Part shown: one piece after another, positions 19,579 to 29,010 of the stretch
Position numbering within the stretch: position 1 is the first letter of the stretch
Layout: the number at the start of each line of letters is the position of its first letter
Origin: Gammaproteobacteria bacterium
GTDB lineage: Bacteria > Pseudomonadota > Gammaproteobacteria > CBDDKY01
DNA: 64,000 nucleotides
Reading direction: 5' to 3'
Assembly (NCBI GenBank): GCA_965230455.1
Contig: CBDDKY010000003.1
Location: 430,948-494,947 of the forward strand
The notes under the pieces: model-generated
Told to the model about the DNA's origin: nothing
The model's database searches: none
The model's input: only the letters and a program-made list of their open reading frames with translations
Made by a program: the position numbers and the translations under genes

Positions 19579-21070
19579 AACTCGACTATCAAGTTTTTGA
19601 AATTTTCATCACGCATCTAGCATTTGAAGTGCTCCTATATCAGCACCACGCATATGTTTTACGGAACTTTTAAGTTGAAAAAGCTGAGAAATTTTATCCG
19701 TATATTTTTTAAACATAGCCTGTGGGTCTTCACTTGTGACAATTTCCTCTATAAAAGCAGTCAACGACTCCATCATGACTTTCTCTCGTAGCGATCCAAC
19801 CGTAGCTGCTAGACCTTTGTTTTTATGCAAGTCCGTTTGATCCTGATGAAAATGGAGCGCATGGTCACTCAAGAGGCTGATTAACAATCCGTGCTCTGAG
19901 CCATCAACACCTCTTTGCATAGCCAGCTGGTTCCATCCTTCATAGGATTTCCAGTCTTGTATAAAAACCTCCACAAGCCAACGGAGCGAATAGGCTTTTA
20001 TAATGTCAACGTCAAGCCAAGTTGCATCATTGGCAACTAGATAGCGATAATCTTCTTCACCTTCATATTTTAATGCAATAACGCGCAACCTTTTATTATG
20101 TGCCTTTACCTTAAATTTAGCAGCGCGATAAGTTATTTTCTTTTTATTAAAACGCAGTGTGATTTCTTCAGTTTTACCCTGGTAGTTTTCAAAAAACTTT
20201 TGTACCTGAATAAAGCGACCATTAACATTAATCAGTTGAGTTTTTTTAATCTGACTTAATACCTGGGCTTGTCCAGTAGCAGCGACAGCACCATCAAAAA
20301 ATTCTTTGTTGCCATAAAAAGTATCTCCAATTACAGCTTTGATTTTTAAGTCACTAAAATTAGACGTAAAGTCACTAAGTGCCTCTATTGCCAATGATAT
20401 TTTAGTTGGGTAATTTGGATTGCGCCCCGGCATTTTTGGCCGGTATTTTTTTTGTATACCCTTCTTTCTTAGTCGTTTATCTTCTTTACGCCATGCTGAA
20501 ATATCTGGGTCTGGTTCATAAAATCTAAAACCAACAGGAATCGTTAACGTATCACTGACCAATAGTAAAAAAATAATGTTTTGGCCACTAAAAAAACCAG
20601 CATGCTTTTTGTCACGTATTTTATGCACCTTTGCAATTTCTGTTGTGTTTTTAGAGCGCTCACTATCTGTGTCATCAATCACAAGCACGCCTGATTTAAT
20701 GCCATATCGTTCTATTAATTTAATAACGCTGGCTTTTAACAATAACTCCCACGCAATTCTTGCTTTTTTAAACATCCAACACATGGCTGCTGCACTATAT
20801 TTTCCGCAACTAAATCGCTCAAATCGAGCCCAGCATAATGAATTAGTAATGATTAAGCCCAATATGACAAAGGATAACCAGTAACACTGTAGCTTGCTCA
20901 ATTTCTGTTCTGGAGAATGCTGCTTGATAGCATCATTGAGTAATTCTACATAATCTTTTATGAATGGTAATCCTTCGCCTATAATCATCCCGTGTCGCAC
21001 CCTGATATAAATTTGTGCGGAAAATAATACAGAATTCAGCCTACAGCGTCAAAAACTTGATAGTCGAGTT
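19579..21070 (-). mobile_element. IS4-family insertion sequence (about 1.49 kb) with 20-bp terminal inverted repeats AACTCGACTATCAAGTTTTT
   Basis: The inverted repeats sit at 19579-19598 and 21051-21070 and flank a single transposase ORF. Confidence 0.8.
19609..21000 (-). CDS. IS4-family DDE transposase
   Basis: 463 aa. The C-terminal YSLRWLVEVFIQDWK fits the Y(2)R(3)E(6)K signature of IS4 transposases. Confidence 0.75.
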   Translation of the reverse strand: MRHGMIIGEGLPFIKDYVELLNDAIKQHSPEQKLSKLQCYWLSFVILGLIITNSLCWARFERFSCGKYSAAAMCWMFKKARIAWELLLKASVIKLIERYGIKSGVLVIDDTDSERSKNTTEIAKVHKIRDKKHAGFFSGQNIIFLLLVSDTLTIPVGFRFYEPDPDISAWRKEDKRLRKKGIQKKYRPKMPGRNPNYPTKISLAIEALSDFTSNFSDLKIKAVIGDTFYGNKEFFDGAVAATGQAQVLSQIKKTQLINVNGRFIQVQKFFENYQGKTEEITLRFNKKKITYRAAKFKVKAHNKRLRVIALKYEGEEDYRYLVANDATWLDVDIIKAYSLRWLVEVFIQDWKSYEGWNQLAMQRGVDGSEHGLLISLLSDHALHFHQDQTDLHKNKGLAATVGSLREKVMMESLTAFIEEIVTSEDPQAMFKKYTDKISQLFQLKSSVKHMRGADIGALQMLDA

Positions 21071-21277
21071 AAAAAAATCAAACACGAATATGCTAAAAAG
21101 CTACGACAAATATTAACTATCCTCAATGCAGCAACTGTCATTGAGGATATTCAAAGTGTTAAGCCTCTACGCTGCCATGCCCTAACGGGCAATCGTAAAA
21201 AAGAGCATGCCGTGTGGGTTAATAAAAATTGGCGCGTTACATTTATTTTTCAAGATGGTAAATTAAGGAGATAGAGT

Positions 21278-21568
21278 ATGATGATGCACACCCCCCCCCA
21301 TGTTGGAGAAATACTATGGGACATGTATTTAGAGCCTTTAGAGGTATCTATAACCGATGCGGCTAAACATCTGGGTATTACTCGCCAAGCACTATCGCGC
21401 TTAGTGAATCAGCAGTCAGGGATTAGCGCAGAAATGGCTATTCGATTAGCTAAAGCCTTTGAAACCTCTCCTGATTACTGGATGAATATGCAAGCACAGT
21501 ATGATTTATGGAAAGCCCATAAATTTTCCAAAGACATTAACGTTAAGCCTTTTGATAAAGCTGCTTAA
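21278..21568 (+). CDS. higA: HigA-type HTH antitoxin (partner of the disrupted higB-2)
   Basis: 96 aa. The sequence LGITRQALSRLVNQQSGISAEMAIRLAKAF is a paralog of the antitoxin at 16096. Confidence 0.75.
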   Translation: MMMHTPPHVGEILWDMYLEPLEVSITDAAKHLGITRQALSRLVNQQSGISAEMAIRLAKAFETSPDYWMNMQAQYDLWKAHKFSKDINVKPFDKAA

Positions 21569-21764
21569 GCATTGTCGCGTGGGGATTTAATCTAAAATCA
21601 GAAGGACTGCGACAGGATGTCTGTGGCAGTCATTGCTTATTTCCCTTTTTAGTTTCCTTATCTAAATCAATCTGTTACACCAAAAAGATGCGATTTACTG
21701 CTGATTTTAGGTTAAATCGCTGTCCGCGCGGATTGATTCCGCGCAGGGTAAGCCCGTCTAAAAA

Positions 21765-22935
21765 AAGCATTGCCTTTCAATGGCTTACGTGCCACCTTAC
21801 TCGGATGTGCTTGTGCGTTCATCATTCCTTGTGAAGGCAAACCATCTTGAGTAATAAACTAACGGGTACACCATAACAGAAGCATTGCCTTTCACTGGCT
21901 TACGTGCTCTCTTACTCGTCCTTGCGAGCGGCAGCGCGGCAATCCAGGGTGGTAGGCTGACTTATCCTATTTTTTTAATAAATGACAAATGGGTATGCCT
22001 TCTCTTGAACAAGGCAAGGCGCTATGTGTGCAGAGTCCATAGCTTCGTGGTTTAAACTTTCCTAGGATTTAATTTGGATTGCCGCGCTGTCGCTCGCAAC
22101 GACGACTAAGGTGGTGCGTAACAAGTTGATGTAGAATGATTTTTTTAGGGTGTGCTTGTGCGTTCATCATTCAGCAGACGCACCTTTACCACAAAAAATG
22201 AACGGATGACGCAGGCTGCTCGCAACGACGAATAAGAGGGGTTGTAAGCTACTGAGAGAGTGTGTGAATTTTTTCGGATGTGCTTGGGCGTTCATCATTT
22301 CTTGTGAAAGCAAACCGTACTGAGTAATAAACTAACGGGTACACCATAACAGAAGCATTGCCTTTCAATGACTTACGTGCTCTCTTACTCGTCCTTGCGA
22401 GCGGCAGCGCGGCAATCCAGGGTGGCGGGCTGACGTGTCGCTGTTTTTTTGATGCGTGACGTATGGGTATGCCTTCTCTTGAACAAGGCAAGGCGCTATG
22501 TGTGCAGAGTCCATAGCTTCGTGGTTTAAACTTTCCTAGGATTTAATTTGGATTGCCGCGCTGCCGCTCGCAACGACGACTAAGGTGGTGCGTAACAAGT
22601 TGATGTAGAATGATTTTTTTAGCGTGTGCTTGGACGTTCATCATTCAGCAGACGTACCTTTACCACAAAAAATGAACGGATGACGCAGGCTGCTCGCAAC
22701 GACGAATAAGAGGGGTTGTAAGCTACTGAGAGAGTGTGTGAATTTTTTCGGATGTGCTTGGGCGTTCATCATTTCTTGTGAAAGCAAACCGTACTGAGTA
22801 ATAAACTAACGGGTACACCATAACAGAAGCATTGCCTTTCAATGGCTTACGTGCTCTCTTACTCGTCCTTGCGAGCGGCAGCGCGGCAATCCAGGGTGGT
22901 AGGTTGACTTGTTCTATTTTTTCAGTGAACTAGAA
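21765..22935. repeat. Tandem repeat array, about 474-bp unit, about 2.5 copies, with internal hairpin-forming inverted sub-repeats (CTTGCGAGCGGCAGCGCGGCAATCC / GGATTGCCGCGCTGCCGCTCGCAA)
   Basis: The period was measured from recurrent AGAAGCATTGCCTTTCA at 21878, 22351 and 22825. The sequence is non-coding and the ORFs called inside it are spurious. Confidence 0.8.
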
Positions 22936-22990
22936 ACAGGTATGCCCTATAATGCCATTGAGGTTATTAGTATTGAAGAGGTGAAAAAGC

Positions 22991-23331
22991 GTGATGAAAG
23001 GACATACTAACGTTCAAGTTATTAAGCAGAGCAATAAGCCTGCCTTTGTTGTCTTGCCCTACCAGGACTGGCTGGAAATAACAAAGGAAATGTCAAATGA
23101 AGCTGACTATATCCCTCACGAGGTTGTCGGGATCCAGCTTGAAGATTCTTGTAGTTTAATTGCTGCATGGCGGAAATACCGCAAATTAACTCAATCGGAA
23201 CTTGGAAAAAAATTGGCGTTAGCCAGCCTGCAATGGCACAGATTGAAAGCAAAGACAGCTCTCCAAAACCTCAAACGTTGAGGAAGCTCGCCTCTGCTCT
23301 GAGTGTCAAAATAGAACAACTAATTGACTAG
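22991..23331 (+). pseudogene. Antitoxin-like HTH protein (Phd-like N-terminus + XRE HTH), frameshifted at an A7 run
   Basis: The ORF ends at 23281. The +1 frame continues as GVSQPAMAQIESKDSSPKPQTLRKLASALSVKIEQLID, a canonical HTH. An A8 instead of the A7 at 23206-23212 would restore one frame. Confidence 0.55.
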
Positions 23332-23454
23332 ACGTTAACTACCAACTTACTACTTTTTTATCAAATGCTAACGCACGATAAGTTGCCCTTTTTGCGCGTT
23401 AGGCACACCGTAAACTTACTCGTTATTAACGATAACTTTATTTATCATTAACAC

Positions 23455-24642
23455 ATGACAAAAGACATCAAAGTACCACATCATCAGCCTATATTTATCC
23501 TGACTTGCTTGACCATCTTCGTTAGTGGTGCGAGTGTCGATATGTTTGTGCCGTCATTACCGGCTATTGCAACTTTCTTTCATGTATCCAATAAAATGGC
23601 TGGTCTTATTGTTACTTTTTATCTGCTTTCTTGCGGTATATCTCAACTCTTTGCGGGTAGCTTATGCGATAGCGTGGGACGCTCTAAAGTATTAACGACA
23701 TCAATGTTTGCTTATGCTCTCATAACAGCAATGATACCTTTTTGTCATGAATTTAATGTTTTATTACTACTAAGAGTTCTACAAGGCATATTTGCCGCAG
23801 GTATTGGTGTCGCGGGACGCTCGGTATTGCCTGATTGCTATAGTGGCAAGACGCTAGCTAAGCGTTCCACCTATTATACTTTATCGTGGAGCACAGGCCC
23901 TGTGCTTTCTCCCTTTATCGGCGGTTATCTACAAGTACATTTTGGCTGGCGGGCTAGTTTTTATTGCTTGGCAGGCTATGCATTTATTGTTGCATTGTTA
24001 TTATTAAAATGGTTCTTTGAAACAGTGCCTAACAAGCATACCTTGAGATTTAAAACCTTTCTTGGTAACTATAAAACAGTTCTGCAATCAAGTGTTTTCT
24101 TTTATGCCACACTTTTATGTGGACTCGCTTATGGTTTTATTACCGCGTTTAATGTCTCAGGGCCTTTTTTAATTGAAACAGTGCTACATTACAGCCCCAT
24201 CGTATATGGACACATTGCCCTCATGTTGGGTATCGCTTGGATGCTGGGCAATATGGCTTGCCGCCTCATTATCAGCGGCTCTCAAGCGACACTTTATTTC
24301 AGCCTGAATGTAATGCTTGCAATTGTGCTCGCTTTGATTAGCCTTTTACTCGCGCTATTTTTTAATATGACACTTTGGTCTGTATCCACCCCAGCAATTT
24401 TATTGATGTTTTGTGGTGGTGTTTTATTTCCATTAGGATTCAGTCGTTGTTTAAGTTACTTTCCTCAAATTGCCGGTAGTGCAAGTGCGGCTATGGGTGC
24501 TATGTACTCTGTGTTTGCTGGTTCCATTTCAGCATTGGCAACCTTTACCAAAGCAAGTACTGCTATTAATGTTTCTATTATTTTCTTGATGAGCGCTTTG
24601 TTTATTGCACTGTTTTTCTTTTTGTTAACTAAAGAAAAATAA
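23455..24642 (+). CDS. MFS transporter (Bcr/CflA-like drug-efflux type)
   Basis: 395 aa with 12 predicted transmembrane segments and a GRSKVL-type motif after the second segment. Confidence 0.7.
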   Translation: MTKDIKVPHHQPIFILTCLTIFVSGASVDMFVPSLPAIATFFHVSNKMAGLIVTFYLLSCGISQLFAGSLCDSVGRSKVLTTSMFAYALITAMIPFCHEFNVLLLLRVLQGIFAAGIGVAGRSVLPDCYSGKTLAKRSTYYTLSWSTGPVLSPFIGGYLQVHFGWRASFYCLAGYAFIVALLLLKWFFETVPNKHTLRFKTFLGNYKTVLQSSVFFYATLLCGLAYGFITAFNVSGPFLIETVLHYSPIVYGHIALMLGIAWMLGNMACRLIISGSQATLYFSLNVMLAIVLALISLLLALFFNMTLWSVSTPAILLMFCGGVLFPLGFSRCLSYFPQIAGSASAAMGAMYSVFAGSISALATFTKASTAINVSIIFLMSALFIALFFFLLTKEK

Positions 24643-24966
24643 TACGAGAACACCACTCGTTTTATATAGTGCTCATCCACCTCAAAAACCCTCTTGATTG
24701 GTTTGCGTATAACCACATGCTAACGCATGATAATAGGTTTTTATCTACCGCTAGGAATCATGGCTATGACTGATGTTTGAATGGTTTCAAGCCCCTTTTA
24801 CTGGTCTCAATCGTACTGATATAACGATAAAATCACATAACATTTGTTCTTAATTTAACCCACAGAACTAATGCCCTATAATTACTCAATCAACTGTTTA
24901 TATTAGGCTTTTTAACGGTGCAGCCGACTTTATAAGCACAGAAGCCAAAGATCCAGATTGACAATA

Positions 24967-24983
24967 TTAACCTAATAGGTTAA
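24967..24983. promoter_or_regulatory. MqsA-type operator palindrome TTAACCTAATAGGTTAA (AACCT-N3-AGGTT) immediately upstream of mqsR
   Basis: The perfect palindrome matches the known MqsA recognition motif ACCT(N)AGGT. It lies 10 bp upstream of the mqsR ATG. Confidence 0.6.
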
Positions 24984-24992
24984 TATTAAACT

Positions 24993-25288
24993 ATGGAGAA
25001 AAGCACACCACATACAAAGCTTATAGCTGTTAAAGCCCTGCTTGAGGAAGGCAAGGTGCGTACAACGCGAACGGCTTTGGTGGGTCAGCAGCGTTGGGGA
25101 TGAACGTCGATGACATGCTTGAATGCGTCATGGCTCTGACTATGGAAGACTTTTATAAAAGCATGACGACTTATGCCGATCATACTCAATGGCAAGATGT
25201 TTATAAGCCTCAAACTGCATACGGAGAAATTTATTTAAAATTGATGGTAGACAACGATGTACTAATTGTCTCTTTCAAGGAGTTGTAA
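24993..25288 (+). pseudogene. mqsR: MqsR-family toxin, frameshifted (or sequencing error)
   Basis: MEKSTPHTKLIAVKALLEEGKVRTTRTALVGQQRWG* is followed in the +1 frame by SAALGMNVDDMLECVMALTMEDFYKSMTTYADHTQWQDVYKP...VLIVSFKEL. Together they reconstitute full-length MqsR. One base is missing near 25065-25080. Confidence 0.7.
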
Positions 25289-25289
25289 T

Positions 25290-25736
25290 ATGAAATGTCC
25301 TAACTGTTCTAATTCACAATTAATATATGATACAAGGGATATACCTTATACATACAAAGGTGAATCAACCACTATCCCGAAGGTTACTGGGCATTTTTGT
25401 TCGTCCTGTGATGAAATTATTCTTGATGTCGAAGAGTCGAAGTGTCTTAATCAATTAATGCAGGCCTTTAACCGGGAAGTCAACCAAGCCAGCATTAATC
25501 CGCAATTTATTGCTGATGTCAGAAAAAAATTATCACTTAACCAGAAACAAGCGGCAGAAATGTTTGGCGGCGGTGTTAATGCTTTTTCACGCTATGAAAA
25601 TGGTCAGACCAAACCACCACTAGCACTGGTAATCCTGTTAAAACTTCTCAACCAAAAACCTGAGTTGTTACACGATATTGATTCACTCCTAGTAAAAAAT
25701 GCAAAACACCACAGAAATAAGCATCGTAGGTACTAA
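25290..25736 (+). CDS. mqsA: MqsA antitoxin (zinc-ribbon N-terminus + HTH C-terminus)
   Basis: MKCPNCSNSQLIYDTRDIPYTYKGE...FCSSCDEI... is followed by LSLNQKQAAEMFGGGVNAFSRYENGQTKP, the MqsA architecture. The ORF-track start at 25266 is probably spurious. Confidence 0.8.
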   Translation: MKCPNCSNSQLIYDTRDIPYTYKGESTTIPKVTGHFCSSCDEIILDVEESKCLNQLMQAFNREVNQASINPQFIADVRKKLSLNQKQAAEMFGGGVNAFSRYENGQTKPPLALVILLKLLNQKPELLHDIDSLLVKNAKHHRNKHRRY

Positions 25737-25994
25737 TTTAAAAGATAGCTTTTAACAGCATCGAAAGTCAAATTGAAAAGGTAAAATACAGTAATTCCCG
25801 CTGGGAATTGTTGCGGAAAATATAAGATCCTTCTCCCCAAAGGCCGCATGGTATTCGTTATAATTTGACGCTGCATGACAACCATAATAAACGTATTTTA
25901 GGATTTGATAACGCTCATGCTATTCGTGGGTCACGTGGTAAATATAAAGGACGTACTGTTGAGTATGATCACATACATAAAGATCTTTCGGACA

Positions 25995-26650
25995 AGGGAA
26001 CTGCAACTTGTTACGCACCACCTTAGTCGTCGTTGCGAGCGGCAGCGCGGCAATCCAAATTAAATCCTAGGAAAGTTTTAACCACGAAGCTGTGCATTTT
26101 GAATACATAACGCCCCACCTTGTTCAAGAAAGGACATACCCATTTGTAACTCATTAAAAAAATAGAACAAGTCAGCCTACCACCCTGGATTGCCGCGCTG
26201 CCGCTCGCAAAGACGAGTAAGAGGGGCTGCAAGCTACTGAGAGAGAGTGTATTTTTTCGGGCGTACCCGTTAGTTTATTACTCAATACGGTTTGCTTTCA
26301 CAAGGAATGATGAACGCTCAAGCACACGCTAAAAAAACCATTCTACATCAACTTGTTACGCACCACCTTAGTCGTCGTTGCGAGCGGCAGCGAAGCAATC
26401 CAAATTAAATCCTAGGAAAGTTTTAACCACGAAGCTGTGCATTCTGAATACATAACGCCCTACCTTGTTCAAGAAAGGACATACTTGTTTCTAGTTCACT
26501 GAAAAAATAGAATAAGTCAGTCTACCGCCCTGGATTGCTTCGCTGCCGCTCGCAAAGACGAGTAAGAGGGGCTGCAAGCTACTGAGAGAGAGTGTATTTT
26601 TTCGGGCGTACCCGTTAGTTTATTACTCAATACTGTTTGCTTTCACAAAA
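25995..26650. repeat. Second array (about 2 units, about 345-bp period) of the same repeat family as 21765-22935, in inverted orientation
   Basis: It is the reverse complement of units from the first array, for example GGACATACTTGTTTCTAGTTCACTGAAAAAATAGAA versus TTCTATTTTTTCAGTGAACTAGAAACAGGTATGCC. Confidence 0.75.
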
Positions 26651-26924
26651 AAGATGGAAAAAAATCCTTTATCTTCAGCGAATTAGTCAGCCTCGCGACG
26701 ATTCCAACGGCGGAATTTAGCATAATCAAAAACGATGATTCTTTTATGGGGTCGATGAGACGCTTACAACGCGAGTGCTTCATAAGGAAAAATACAGTCA
26801 ATGTCTATATCTTTGATCAAAACAAGATCAGGCTTGAGTGGTGACGGCATGCATGGCAGGAAGACTTAATGCGTATGAGAAGTGGGGCTGCGATGTGCTC
26901 GCAGCCCTAGGAAGTTCCAATAAA

Positions 26925-27395
26925 TTAGGAGTTAGCGCCAGCTGGTTTTGGCATCATGGCACGCAATTCTTTGCGTTGTGCAGCTGTTAACACTTGAGAG
27001 ATTTTGTGTTGTAAGTTAGCACTTTGGATAAGCATTTTGGAGACAGTTTGGCCTTGCTGATTAGCGAGGTTTTGGATTTTGCCTTCATTGAAGCTATCGC
27101 TATGAACCGCTTGGAAAAAATTACGACGTTGCATTAGCATTTGGCGGTTTAAAGCACGAGCCTCTGCATCACTTGCTTGAACTAAAGATTTGATTTGTGC
27201 TTTTTGAGCATCAGTCAATTTCAAGTTTTGGCTTAATTTAGCGATAAGTGGGCCCGCAGAACCTTGTTGCTGAGACGCAGATGGCTGATTATTAGAAGCG
27301 CCATTTGTGTTGCTCGTGGGGGTTGCCATAGCAGAACCTGCAGCGATAAGACCCGCAGCAGTAAAGCCTAGTACTAATTTAGAGATTGATTTCAT
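26925..27395 (-). CDS. Spy/CpxP-family periplasmic protein (LTxxQ motifs)
   Basis: A signal peptide MKSISKLVLGFTAAGLIAAGSAMA, a Gln/Asn-rich linker and LTDAQKAQI-type helices. Confidence 0.6.
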   Translation of the reverse strand: MKSISKLVLGFTAAGLIAAGSAMATPTSNTNGASNNQPSASQQQGSAGPLIAKLSQNLKLTDAQKAQIKSLVQASDAEARALNRQMLMQRRNFFQAVHSDSFNEGKIQNLANQQGQTVSKMLIQSANLQHKISQVLTAAQRKELRAMMPKPAGANS

Positions 27396-27504
27396 CGTAT
27401 AACTCCTAGAGTTGTGGTGTTGCAAACGGGCTTAATCAATAGCAATAACGTGTTGTTCAATGCTACGATTGGCTCGCATATTGTCAAATTAAAAGGGGAA
27501 GATC

Positions 27505-27650
27505 CTAGGGCCTGTTGACAATTCATCTTTTTGCCCAAATACGGCGTTAAATTGCTCGCTCCGCAGCTCACGCATTACGTATACATTCCGCTGCTCGCAA
27601 GCAATTTGCCTTGTCTTTGGGCAAAAATCTTGAATTGTCAACAGGCCTCA
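27505..27650. repeat. MITE-like element, family A-related copy 2 (same TIRs, different palindromic interior)
   Basis: CTAGGGCCTGTTGACAATTCAT ... GAATTGTCAACAGGCCTCAG, with an interior palindrome TTTTGCCCAAA. Confidence 0.65.
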
Positions 27651-27725
27651 GCTTCCACTCAGAATAGACATCTTCGCAGTATATCTGTTTAGAAACATTT
27701 GGCAAGAGCTAAGGGCTGTTCAGCC

Positions 27726-28967
27726 TTAGTTCTGTGGGTGCGTTTTCTTCACCAAAGGCTTAATGGTCAATCCTTGAACTAAGATAGCGAAAACCACTAC
27801 GGCATAGGTCATGGTAATGATTAAATTACGGTCATTGCTCGCTGGCAGCGCCAACGCTAAGGCTACAGCTAAGCCGCCCCGCAACCCTCCCCAAACCATA
27901 ATATTGATGGTATGGGGTGCATATTTTTTGCGCAGCTTAAATAAGCTCATCGGCAATGCGACGATGACATAACGTACCAATAGCACCATGGGAATGGCTA
28001 ATAAGCCGGCCACAAAATACCAACGGTTAACCGGCAGCACTAAGATTTCAAAACCTATGATTAAAAACAGCAGCGCATTGAGAATTTCATCAACTAATTC
28101 CCAAAAATTATCCAAATTATCTCGGCTGGTATGGGACATGTTGAACTTGCGGCCTTTGTTACCGATAAAAATACCGGCGACCACCATGGCGAGTGGCCCA
28201 GAGATATCAATGGCTTGGGCAAGGGCATAACCGCCCGTAGCCACAGCCAGCGTCATGAGTATTTCAACCTTATGATTTTTCAGTGGGCGCATTAACCAAA
28301 AGGCTAAAAGACCTAATGCCGCGCCATAGAGAATGCCGCCGACAGCTTCGCGTAGGAAAAGCAAAGAGACGCTGGTAATACTGGGGTGGTGGCCAGAAAA
28401 GGCAAGCTCATAGAGCGTAATAAAAATAACAATCCCAACGCCATCATTAAACAGCGATTCGCCTGCAACGGTTACCTCCAGGGAGCGTGGTGCGTTGAGT
28501 TCTTTTAGCATGGCAAGGACGGCGATGGGGTCTGTGGGTGAGATCAAGGCGCCAAAAAGAAGGCAGTTGAGAAAGCTGATGTGGAAAGCCATGGCATTGA
28601 GCACATAATAGCTGAGGATACCCACCAAGAAGGTGGAGGCTAAGGTCCCCAAAAAAGCCAGGACACCTATTTCCCATTTTCTTTGCGCTAAATCATTAAT
28701 GTTGACAGTCAGCGCGCCCGCAAACAGCAAAAAACTCAGTAATCCATCCATCAGGAAGTGATGAAAATCTATGGCCGCCAAACGGTTAGCTGCAAAAGCC
28801 CCCACCTCATTAAAACCAAGCCGACTCAATACAATCAAACACAAAGAAATGCCCAACGAACCTGCCATGATAGCGATAGTGGTGGGTAATTTTATAAAGC
28901 GACAATTAAGATACGTCAGGGCGACTGCTACGGTAAAAAGCACCGCGATGACTGTATAAAGGCTCAC
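27726..28967 (-). CDS. CPA1-family Na+/H+ antiporter (NhaP-type)
   Basis: 413 aa with about 11-12 predicted transmembrane segments. Confidence 0.7.
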   Translation of the reverse strand: MSLYTVIAVLFTVAVALTYLNCRFIKLPTTIAIMAGSLGISLCLIVLSRLGFNEVGAFAANRLAAIDFHHFLMDGLLSFLLFAGALTVNINDLAQRKWEIGVLAFLGTLASTFLVGILSYYVLNAMAFHISFLNCLLFGALISPTDPIAVLAMLKELNAPRSLEVTVAGESLFNDGVGIVIFITLYELAFSGHHPSITSVSLLFLREAVGGILYGAALGLLAFWLMRPLKNHKVEILMTLAVATGGYALAQAIDISGPLAMVVAGIFIGNKGRKFNMSHTSRDNLDNFWELVDEILNALLFLIIGFEILVLPVNRWYFVAGLLAIPMVLLVRYVIVALPMSLFKLRKKYAPHTINIMVWGGLRGGLAVALALALPASNDRNLIITMTYAVVVFAILVQGLTIKPLVKKTHPQN

Positions 28968-29010
28968 AATTTACTCCTTGAAAGTTTGTCAATTAAGGTG
29001 GAGGTGGATT

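Larger units (their letters stand above)
19521..21274 (+). pseudogene. higB: higB-2 toxin gene interrupted by an IS4-family insertion (exon-like parts 19521-19578 and 21071-21274)
   Basis: The segment upstream of the IS encodes MIKSFRHKGLEEFYLKGKVK. The segment after it encodes KKIKHEYAKKLRQILTIL...LTGNRKKEHAVWVNKNWRVTFIFQDGKLRR. The two parts align end to end with the intact HigB at 15785. Confidence 0.75.

Noticed and set aside
22249-22491. 80-aa ORF (and 26023-26232 ORF) inside the tandem repeats
   Set aside because: Both lie entirely within non-coding repeat units and are reiterated by the repeat structure. They are almost certainly spurious.
21765-22935. Possible CRISPR array
   Set aside because: The repeat unit is about 474 bp and has no unique spacer-like intervening sequences. 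The internal sub-repeats are inverted, not direct, at 28-37-bp spacing.
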